Source of the DNA: Eledone cirrhosa
Taxonomy: Eukaryota
Direction: 5' to 3'
Length of the DNA stretch: 64,000 bases
Assembly: GCA_964016885.1 (NCBI GenBank)
Contig: OZ024743.1
Location: 287,494,001-287,558,000 of the forward strand
Position numbers and translations under genes: made by a program. The notes below the pieces were generated by a model that ran no database searches, was not told the origin of the DNA, and saw only the letters and a list, made by a program, of their open reading frames with translations. Below are positions 25,207 through 36,204 of the stretch, one piece after another. The first letter of the stretch is position 1; each line of letters opens with the position of its first letter.

Positions 25207-27456
25207 ATGATCAATCTTACTAGTGCAGAACCAACACCCAACCTTATCAACTTACTCTCCAAAGGTCTTAAATTCACACCGACCCCACTACGTCCTAACT
25301 ACTATGAAATGAAGGAAGACATCACAGACTTCTGTAGAAAGTTACGACTTAGTGAACAACTATTCGACCAGTACAATGAGGATGAATCATTAGCCAGAAA
25401 TAGAAGCAATTACACCCCTTCAAAAGGTAGAAATAAAATCCTGGACGAATTCTGTGAACACATCACAAACTTCCCTTACCAACACTTGCACAGACAAAAA
25501 CACAAGCCAAACCTCAACAAGAAAGAATGGGAAGAATTAAATAGATTAAAAACCGACAGAACCATTACAATTAAAGAGGCTGATAAAGGGATTACAGTAG
25601 TCCTAATGGAGACAGAATTCTATATCAACTTAGCGCTCTCCACTTTGGAAAACGAAACATACTACGAAAAGGCTGAACACTACAATCAACAGAAAATTAT
25701 GAGAAACCTAAAAACTCTAATCAACCAATACAAAGAAGGACTCACTAACAAGGAATTCAGCTTCATCACAGACTTCACAAGTAAATCCAGCCTTTTCTAC
25801 GGTATCCCTAAAGTACATAAAAGCGAATCAATCAGTAAGGCATGCAAGGAAGCCACAGACATAGTCATCAATGTCCCCTCACCCAATGATCTCAAATTAA
25901 GACCTATAATAGCAGGCCCCGCTTGCGAAACGCACCGTCTTAGCAACTTCATTGATACCCTTCTCAAACCCTTCCTCAAGCACATCAAAAGCTATATAAG
26001 GGACGACCTAGATATGCTCAATCACCTCCCTAATATGCCACTTTCTGAACAAACCCTACTAGTGACGTTCGATGTAGTCAACCTATACTCCAACATCCCC
26101 CACAACCTAGGAATAGAAGCTATCCAATTCTGGCTGGATAACTTCCACAATGAACTCTCACAACGCATCAAAAAAGAATTCGTGATAGAGGGACTCAAAT
26201 TTATCTTGGAGAACAATTACTTCGTTTTCAATAACAAACCCTACAGGCAGAAATCTGGGACCGCTATGGGAACGAAAACAGCCCCTACGTATGCCAACCT
26301 AGTCATGGGATACCTGGAAATCACCCTCTACACTAAAGTCCTAAACAAATTTGGAAACACCCTCCACTTACACATTGAAAGGAACTGGAAGCGATATCTA
26401 GATGACTGCTTCATCCTTTGGCACGAAAACATCGAAAAACTTAAAGAATTTCACACCCTTATAAATGGGCTCAACACAAATATTAACTTCACGATGGAAT
26501 ACAGCCATCAACAACTCCCCTTCCTCGACATCCTCATTAAGATCCATAACAAAAAAATAGAAACAGACATATACTACAAGCCCACAGACTCCAAGCAATA
26601 CCTCCCCTTCAACTCTTGCCACCCTAGACACGTTAAAATTAATATTCCCTACAACTTAGCCAAGAGAATCTGTACTATAGTCTCCAATAAAAACATCTGC
26701 TACTTACGGCTACAAGAACTAAAGGACACACTCATAGGCAGGGACTACCCTGCATCACTAATTGACAATGGAATCCAACGTGCCCTAAAACTCAGTACCC
26801 AGGACCTTAGACACCCTAAAGTAAATCAACCAAAACTAAAAGCTCTTCCATACATCTCCACACACAACCCCCTCAACAACGAGGCCTTTGACACCATCCT
26901 CCAGAACATCCCTGTATTGAAAAAGGACCATAGAACGAACCAAATTCTACGAACACACGATATCATAAAGAGCAAAAGACAATCCAAGTCAATGAAAAAC
27001 ATCTTAACACATGCCAAAGTACTGCCAACCACAACAACGAAACCCACAGTAAAAAAATGCGATAGACCCAACTGTGGCATTTGCATCAACCTAATAGAGG
27101 GTTCGGAATTCTATTTCAAAGATGGACAACGTTTTATAGTAAAACACAATTTCACATGTGCATCGGAAAATCTAATATATGTATTAACTTGTTCAGGTTG
27201 TCGAGAACAATACATAGGCCAGACCAAAAACAGCCTCCGCCAACGCATGACTGTCCATAGATCCCAAATTAAAATACGGGAATACAGGAAAATACCACTG
27301 AGTGAACACATTGATACCTGCGCCGCCCAAAATCATCCCAACTTCAGAATCTTTCCCCTCTACAAATTTAAAGATAATGACACCCACACCCAGCGCATCA
27401 GCAAGGAATCTTACTTCATTAACAAATACGGACCCCGTCTAAACACTTCTCCCTAA
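25207..27456 (+). CDS. Penelope-like reverse transcriptase plus Cys-rich linker plus GIY-YIG endonuclease, 749 aa, intact
   Basis: LSKGLKF.PTP, IKEADKG, FYGIPKVHK, LRPII, FDVVNLYSNIP, GTAMGT..APTYANL, RYLDD, LPFLD, YYKPT; CDRPNCGIC linker; NLIYVLTCSGCREQYIGQT..LRQRM..H. Confidence 0.95.
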   Translation: MINLTSAEPTPNLINLLSKGLKFTPTPLRPNYYEMKEDITDFCRKLRLSEQLFDQYNEDESLARNRSNYTPSKGRNKILDEFCEHITNFPYQHLHRQKHKPNLNKKEWEELNRLKTDRTITIKEADKGITVVLMETEFYINLALSTLENETYYEKAEHYNQQKIMRNLKTLINQYKEGLTNKEFSFITDFTSKSSLFYGIPKVHKSESISKACKEATDIVINVPSPNDLKLRPIIAGPACETHRLSNFIDTLLKPFLKHIKSYIRDDLDMLNHLPNMPLSEQTLLVTFDVVNLYSNIPHNLGIEAIQFWLDNFHNELSQRIKKEFVIEGLKFILENNYFVFNNKPYRQKSGTAMGTKTAPTYANLVMGYLEITLYTKVLNKFGNTLHLHIERNWKRYLDDCFILWHENIEKLKEFHTLINGLNTNINFTMEYSHQQLPFLDILIKIHNKKIETDIYYKPTDSKQYLPFNSCHPRHVKINIPYNLAKRICTIVSNKNICYLRLQELKDTLIGRDYPASLIDNGIQRALKLSTQDLRHPKVNQPKLKALPYISTHNPLNNEAFDTILQNIPVLKKDHRTNQILRTHDIIKSKRQSKSMKNILTHAKVLPTTTTKPTVKKCDRPNCGICINLIEGSEFYFKDGQRFIVKHNFTCASENLIYVLTCSGCREQYIGQTKNSLRQRMTVHRSQIKIREYRKIPLSEHIDTCAAQNHPNFRIFPLYKFKDNDTHTQRISKESYFINKYGPRLNTSP

Positions 27457-28054
27457 GACGAACCCACAACATACACACGTCAACATACATACCTACAACA
27501 GCACACATCTCTACCCACATATAAACACAATGACACACGTAAACACACATGCTCTATGGTGCAATACAAAAAAATATATGTGCATATATATGTATGTATA
27601 TATGTATATATATATATATATATGTAGTGAAAATATATATGTGTGTGTGTGTGTATATATATATAGTGAATATCATTTCACACCTTTTATTGTTAAGATT
27701 GTTGATGTTCTATTAAGAGAACCGATTTTACTGAAAAAATCGAATAATGTACACCATTTTACCAGGGGGGAAAAAATACTGGTCCACCCACACACGCACA
27801 CACACACACACACACATATATACACAAACACATACACACGCGTACATCAACATACAAAGAGACTTATACACACACACACACACACACGCACTTCTCCGTA
27901 TAAGACAAAAGCTGAAAAATATCTTTTGACCTTCGAATGACTCTGCTGTGTGTATGTACGCACACACACACACACACACACACTTATCTTAATAGCCATT
28001 TGACACACATCGCTGGTGGCTATTGTCGCAGCATCGAACACCTTACTACTACTA

Positions 28055-28104
<50 letters not shown>

Positions 28105-28581
28105 TTGTTGTGAAAGAGTCATTTCTCAATCTTGGCGCAAAACCAATTTTTTATCCACATGACCTCTACCGACCAATCAAAATTGTTTTGACCAATAATT
28201 TTTGCTGGAGCCACTTTTCTAACATTTTAACATAAAAACAGTCTTGGCGCAAAATCAACTTTTTACATTCACATGACCTCTACCGACCAATCAAAATTGT
28301 TTTGACCACAAGCATTTTTGCAACACAAAAATAACGCTGGAGCCATTTTTTTAACATAAAAACAGGTAGAATTCCCAAAACTAATCAGATCAGAGCAAAC
28401 AGCACGGACACTCTATCTCAAAATTATTTTTGAAAAGCATTTAGAAATGCGCAACCGGTAAAAACTTAAAAACTTAAAACCACAACTGAATACTAACCCA
28501 TACAATCACTAATACTCTTTTATTCCTAATTAAACCATTTTTCAACTGTGAACAATTTGTCAGCATTTTCTATTCCGTTTA

Positions 28582-28618
<37 letters not shown>

Positions 28619-29124
28619 TAAAATAACAGATTCAAGTTTAAGCAAAGAATCGCTGCTTTCACCCTTAACGGGATCTTCTGAAACTAAAAAAATCAATCTG
28701 TGAACGCAGAAGTAAATATTTCAAAAAACGTTGCAACCGGAGGAAGACAGGAAGACGATACTTGGTTCGTGGAAACATACATATATAGAATAGAAAACGG
28801 AAAATCAGTGATGCATCTGAACTCAATTTATTGTGTGTTACAATTGTTTCCCCGGTGGACAGCTCGAGACGCGATCATTGTGTGGATCTGTCGATTCTGG
28901 ATCCGCAGGTTTGACGGACACGTCTAATGATTTCGGAGCATATTCTCTCACTGGAGTATCTGACCCTCTGGGTCAGTACTGTCAAAAACTTCATCCTCTT
29001 CGCGTGTCCAGTGATTGGCCGCTGGTTGTCTACGTCATCATAAATTCTGACCACAAGTAACAGTCCGCTGTCCCATGTCTGCTACACTTCAATGAATTAC
29101 TGCTGCGTTTGGTGGTTCACACAT

Positions 29125-29242
<118 letters not shown>

Positions 29243-29891
29243 CCACATAGATAACGACAGTCGTACGCATAGACTCCCGCTATACCCACACATTAAGGAG
29301 AACATATAAACATATAAACGTACGCATACATTCATCCAGAGAGGCACGTACATACATAGACACATGCCCACAGGCCTATATACATCAACACGCACACACA
29401 CATGCTCATACACATGCATACGCGTATGTATACACGTACAGACACGCACGTACCCATATATACACGCACAGATACACACTCGCTCGCAAACACGCATATA
29501 TATATATATATACAAATATAAATTTAGCGAGAATCGCATTTCGGCGGGTAGAAATTAGCGAAACGCAACTTCCTTATTGTGCAGACAAGCGCTCCATTGA
29601 TATGAATATATACACACACAAACAAGCCCTTTCCCTACAGGGGTGCTTGTACACACACATAAACACACATACACTGGCGCATATACACTCTTACAAATAT
29701 GCGCATATTCCCATACAGACCCACGCACGCATAAAAAATAATAATATTATATATATATATCTCTCTATATATATACACATAAACAGAATATACACACAAA
29801 GTCATATAAAGATACACAATGGGTCATACATGAAAGGATGCATCTGGTTATAAACATGTACACATAAAAAATACATACATACATACCCCCC

Positions 29892-29992
<101 letters not shown>

Positions 29993-32127
29993 GTATATAC
30001 ATATATATAAAAAAAATATAAAATATAAAATATATTAAAAATATTACAAATATATATATAACGGCACATAGAGATACACAGTGTGCTATACATGAAAGGG
30101 TGCGCCCAGTTGTATGTGTCTACAGAGATGTTACGTTGAGAACATGGATCAATCCACGTATGGAATCTTCAGGCAATGCCACATAATGGGCGTTCATGGT
30201 ATTACAGTACATAGTATGCGCAGACCGTACAAAGAAAATGCGTGCAGAATATATTTAAAAAAAAGCAGAAGGGACGAGTATGCATATGAGATAGTACACA
30301 AGATAGGTATGAGATACACACGTGGGTCTGCATACGGGAAGTACATTAGGTGTTACAAAAAGGAATACGTAGAGCGTATGCACTCTCTATTGAAAAGATA
30401 CACCCGCAGTGGGCTGCGTGGATCCGCCATACTGGAGTATGTCACTGTGGTTGAGGTATAGTGTCTTATTGGTGTAAGGCATTTGACCGAATATCAGTAA
30501 AATCCGGGTCAACCTGTCCCGGCTCAGGCGATGTTCTTGCCTAGGGTGACGTGCAGAGTCGGGTGGGCATCCTGGGTTACTTCGGCTTACCCCACGGGGC
30601 ATATATAGTCAACAGAGTATGGTGTCTGATCTCTTGACCCGTTTCGCCGCTCTGGTCGGCGTGCGCTCCGCACCCTGCTTTTAAGCCTGGGCTGCCCGGT
30701 GGATTCCATACGGAGAGTGTGCACCTTCTCTGGTGTCTGCACGTCATGATTATTTCCGATTTCAGGTTGACCGCATCATCCTTCAGTCTCCTTCAGTCTC
30801 CATGGCCTCGGATAGGCATAGCCTGCACTTTCTATTTCCAGCCGAATATGCACTCGCGTGCCGAATGATACTCCATTTAAGGGCCTTTGTCTTTCAAGTC
30901 CCACACCAGGTCCGCCAGCCTAGTAGAGTGCCTCTTGCTCCGGTCCTTGAAAGAGTTCGTGTGGTTATACATCCGCGATTTAAAGGGCGTGGATGTTGCG
31001 CCGATGTAGGTACGCTTTATATTGTGCTTGCTAACCACACATTTATAAACCAGGCCCTTCGTTAAGCATCTTCCCTGCAGGGGGCACTGTGTGCCCACTC
31101 TGCAGTTGCAGGTTCTATCGTTATATTGTTCGTTTCGGATTCCTGGCCCTTGATCTGCCACGGCCCTCTCCCGATTCTCAGGGTGTTGTTCTGCCGACCC
31201 GGTGGTCTTACATCCGCCACTCATTACCGCCCGGCGTTGGGTTGTATCGTCTTCCGCAGGCAAGAACATCGCCTGAGCCGGGACAGGTTGACCCGGATTT
31301 TACTGATATTCGGTCAAATGCCTTACACCAATAAGACACTATACCTCAACCACAGTGACATACTCCAGTATGGCGGATCCACGCAGCCCACTGCGGGTGT
31401 ATCTTTTCAATAGAGAGTGCATACGCTCTACGTATTCCTTTTTGTAACACCTAATGTACTTCCCGTATGCAGACCCACGTGTGTATCTCATACCTATCTT
31501 GTGTACTATCTCATATGCATACTCGTCCCTTCTGCTTTTTTAAAAATATATTCTGCACGCATTTTCTTTGTACGGTCTGCGCATACTATGTACTGTAATA
31601 CCATGAACGCCCATTATGTGGCATTGCCTGAAGATTCCATACGTGGATTGATCCATGTTCTCAACGTAACATCTCTGTAGACACATACAACTGGGCGCAC
31701 CCTTTCATGTATAGCACACTGTGTATCTCTATGTGCCGTTATATATATATTTGTAATATTTTAAATATTTTTAATATTTTTAATATATTTAATATTTTAT
31801 ATATTTTTTATATATATATATACGTATATGTATGTATATATATATATGAGTATGTATGTATTTTTTATGTGTACATGTTTATAACCAGATGCATCCTTTC
31901 ATGTATGACCCATTGTGTATCTTTATATGACTTTGTGTGTATATTCTGTTTATGTGTATATATATATATCGATATATATATATAATATTATTTTTTTATG
32001 CGTGCGTGTGTGTGTATGGCAATATGCGTATATTTGTAAGAGTGTATATGGGCCAGTGTATGTGTGTGTGTGTGTGTGTACAAGCACCCCTGTAGGGACA
32101 GGGCTTGTTTGTGTGTGTATATATATA

Positions 32128-32675
32128 CGAATTTTTAAAAACATTTTTTAAAATTTATTTTTAAAATTTATTTGCTAGACCTTGATTTTATATGTTCTGG
32201 CTTGTTAATTTATTAACCCGTCATAGACCCACAATGGCATACGGTTGGATAATACTTGTTTCCCTGTATGTATTTACGTAGGAATTCATACTTTATTATT
32301 ATTGATCTCCCCCTAAGGTAGAGATAAAATTTTGGCCGTTTGGACTGCTTCTATTTCTAGTGGCAGGACATTGACCTGTCCACCCTGCCTTTTGTCTTTG
32401 CACACGGTACCACACAGAATTCTTTCTTTCATCATTCGCACTCATTTCGGAATGGTTTTGTATGGCGTCAGGTTGTGATTTGAACTCGGGAATTTTATAT
32501 TCTCCGAGGGAGAAGAGCCTTCTGAAAATTGCTCCCTTCTCAATGGAAATCCGCTTGGATTTTCCGTTTATTCTGGAGCATGAAACCGCGGTAAAGGCAC
32601 ATATAGTAAGTACTGCGAATTTTTAAAAATTTATTTTAAAACTTTTTCTCTATTTGCTAGACCTTGATTTTATAT
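32128..32675 (+). mobile_element. ~488-bp monomer with terminal direct repeat, carrying a hammerhead-like motif (retrozyme-like)
   Basis: CGAATTTTTAAAA..TTGCTAGACCTTGATTTTATAT at both ends; ribozyme fold at 32517-32598. Confidence 0.7.
32517..32598 (+). ncRNA. Type I hammerhead fold with variant core CUGAAAA
   Basis: GCCTT-CTGAAAA-T-TGCTCC..GGAGCA-T-GAAAC-CGCG-GTA-AAGGC: stems I and II are perfect and stem III is palindromic. Confidence 0.7.
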
Positions 32676-32851
32676 ATATATAATTATTATTTTTGACCGC
32701 CGGTCAGTCAATGGCAACATTGAGGACCGAGTAAGTTAGATCGCAGATATATATATATAAAAGACAGCGAGAAGCGAAAACCAACCAAACAGTGAGTGTG
32801 TTCTGTTATTAATTCTGGCAATATTACGCAAATATGACCCTCCCCAAATAT

Positions 32852-32899
<48 letters not shown>

Positions 32900-33160
32900 A
32901 TGTGTGCGTGCGTGGGTGGAAAAGGGGGGGGGGGTCTACATACATGTCTGTACGTGTTTGTGTATATGTGTATACATACGCGTATGCATGTATATGAGCA
33001 TGTGTGCGTGCGTGTTGATGTATATAGGCCTGTGCGCATGTGTCTATGTATGTACGTGCCTCTCTAGATGAATGTATGCGTATGTTTATATGTCTATATG
33101 TTCTCCTTAATGTGTAGGTATAGCGGGAGTCTATGCGTACGACTGTCGGTATCTATGTTG

Positions 33161-33385
<225 letters not shown>

Positions 33386-33788
33386 TGGATGTGTGGACCA
33401 CCAAACACAGCAGTAATTCATTGAAGTGTAGCAGACATGGGACAGCGGAATGATACCTGTGGTCAGAATTTATGATGACGTAGACAACCAGCGGCCAATC
33501 ACTGGACACGCGAAGAGGATGAAGTTTTTGACAGTACTGACCTCCAGTGAGAGAATATGCTCCGAAATCATTAGACGTATCCGTCGAACCTGCGGATCCA
33601 GAATCAGACAGATCCACACAATGATCGCGTCTCCAGCTGTCCGCCGGGGAAACAATTGTAACACACAATAAATTGAGTTCAGATGCATCACTGATTTTTC
33701 GTTTTATATTATATCATACTCTGCTCTGTAAGAGCATAGAATGCTCAACTGGCATACCGCCTATGGAAGCATCTTAACTACCATCCAC

Positions 33789-33838
<50 letters not shown>

Positions 33839-34338
33839 AGTAATGCTTTATATATAAATATATATATAAGTAATGCTTTATATATATATATACTAGCAGA
33901 GGTACCCGGCGTTGCTCGGGTATTAAATACCAGTTGTGTATACCATTTATGTCAATACTTCAGTGCTGCTTCGAAAACTATACTTTTACAAAATAATCGG
34001 CTTTTTCCAAAAGGGGGTTCCTGCCCCCAGGGGTCCCCTACTCAATATGTGCCAATTCTGAGAGTTCTGTAGGACAAATGTAGCCCATGTGTCAAGTTTT
34101 GTGAAAATCGGTTGCGAACTCCAGAAGTTATGACGTTTTGTTGCATTGCACTGCAGTGCTTCAGTCGACTCCAAGAAAGTGGTTAAAGGGGGTTATCTGC
34201 CGGGAGGCCCTATAATCAATATCTGGAAAAATGAAAGTGCCCATGACCATCTGGAGTACATAAGTAACCTATGTCTTAAGTTTGGTGAAAATACTGTAGA
34301 AATGCATAAGGTTTATACATACGCGTGCGTGCGTGTGT

Positions 34339-34447
<109 letters not shown>

Positions 34448-35136
34448 TGGGTGTGTATGTATTTGTGTGTGCGTATGTATGTGTATGTCCGTCGGCGCAT
34501 ACGTATGTACTCGCCTAAATCTTCACTATTTACTTATACTATTTTAATAACCTCTGTCATTTTCGTTTTCAATTTTATTTACATCATTCTTAAATTCCGG
34601 GCTGGAAATCATTCTGTTATTTTAAATAGAATATTAGTCTAACGACTCCATTTATACCATAAACTTGGTCTTGTCTTTGCATGAAATTGTTCTTCTCGCT
34701 CCACATAGCGACGTATTATCCTCGCTTTTTTCCCGTTCATTGCCAGGGAACGTCTTCACGAACCAAAATATCGTCTTCCTGTTTTCGTTCGGTTGGAACG
34801 TTTCTCGAAATATTTACTTCTGCGTTTACAGATTACTCTCAGTTCAATTTGAATGGGAAATTCCTGTTTCATCGATTTTCTCCTTAACCATGGAAGCTTG
34901 TAGCTTGAAAGTCGACCCAACGCCTCCTCGGGTCATTCTGCATAACTGTGTAAATTTTCGCTGCATTCCACCAAGCCATTTCGACGTTTATCCGACTACA
35001 CCTACTTACTTAAATATACAACGTCCGACCACTTCCAATTTATATAGTAGATATATAAATGGAAAAAATGAAATTTAATTTTTTCACTCTTAGTACGGCT
35101 GGTACTTAAATGTAAGTATGTATACGTACATACATA

Positions 35137-36038
35137 CGAGGTGTGTCAGAAAAGTTCCAGGACTGATGTCACAAAAGATTTATTTCAAACCAAAACTTCA
35201 GACTAAGAGTTTTCTCCTTCAAAGTAATCCCCCTGGAGTATGTAACTGTAATCTTAGCTCTCTGCAGCGATCAAACTTTTTTCTTCATAATTTTATATAC
35301 ATGTCCTCTGTTTCAGGTCGTCAAGCAATGAGCACAGACCAACGAACAAACTTGAAGTTTCTGGTACGGTTGGGGAAAACTCCGCTGCAGCAAGTGTATG
35401 GAGATGAGGCGATGTCACGCTCACGTGCTTTTGAGTGGTGCAAGAGGTTTAAAGAAGAACGCGAGGACGTGGAAGATGACCGCAGGAGCGGAAGGCCCTC
35501 AACAACGAGGACTGAGGTCAACGTTGAGCGCGTCAGGCAGATGGTGCGTAGCGATCGTCGGCTGACTGTTCGACTGATGGCAAATGAGCTGGGCATGAAT
35601 CGGGACAGCGTCTGGAAGATTCTCACTGAAGATTTGGACATGCGGAAAGTCTGCGCGAAGATGGTGCCAAAATTGCTGAACGATGACCAGAAGGGTCGAC
35701 GCATGCAAGTGTGCCAGGACATCCCCGAGCGTATTGAAACCCAACCAGACTTGCTAGGGACAGTCATCACCGGGGATGAGTCATGGATCTTCGAGTACGA
35801 CCCGGAGGGGACCCGTTTTGAAGACGTGGACAACATCAAAAAGGCCGTGACGACGGAACTGCGGAGGATCCCGGAAGAATCCTTGCAGAAGTGCATGCAA
35901 GCGTGGCAGAAAAGGATGGAAAAGTGCATTAGATTCCAGGAGGATTACTTTGAAGGAGAAAACTCTTAGTGTAATGTTTAGGTTTGAAATAAATCTTTTG
36001 TGACATCAGTCCTGCTGGAACTTTTCTGACACACCTCT
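35137..36038 (+). mobile_element. Internally deleted mariner element with ~55-bp TIRs and TA target duplication
   Basis: TA|CGAGGTGTGTCAGAAAAGTTCCAG...CTGGAACTTTTCTGACACACCTCT|TA. Confidence 0.95.
35328..35969 (+). pseudogene. Mariner transposase with an in-frame deletion of most of the DDD domain
   Basis: HTH region (WCKRFK..DDRRSGRP), MVPKLL, ITGDESWIFEYDPE joined directly to GTRFED. The second and third Asp and the YSPDLAP region are absent. Confidence 0.9.
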
Positions 36039-36173
36039 TATATGTATACAGACATACAGTAGTATGTATATACATACATACATGCACACATATATATATG
36101 TACGTATGGGTTTACCGAACATTATAATAAATGTTCGGTAAACCCATACGTACATATATATATGTGTGCATGT

Positions 36174-36204
<31 letters not shown>

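Larger units (their letters stand above)
22316..28590 (+). mobile_element. Near-complete Penelope-like retroelement (Neptune-type): inverted 5' pLTR 22316-23140, direct pLTR 23141-23835, ORF1, RT-EN ORF2, 3' pLTR 27457-28590
   Basis: pLTR sequence is present three times (one copy inverted), the RT plus GIY-YIG ORF is intact, and both ends lie in (TA)n. Confidence 0.93.

Noticed and set aside
30700-31130. Selenocysteine recoding in the Naiad-type fragments
   Set aside because: The conserved Cys positions I translated are not TGA in either fragment, and I found no convincing SECIS fold.
31626-31670. CTGAAGA-TTCCA-TACG-TGGA hammerhead-like half
   Set aside because: It is followed by GATCC rather than GAAA and stem I pairs poorly; at best a dead relic.
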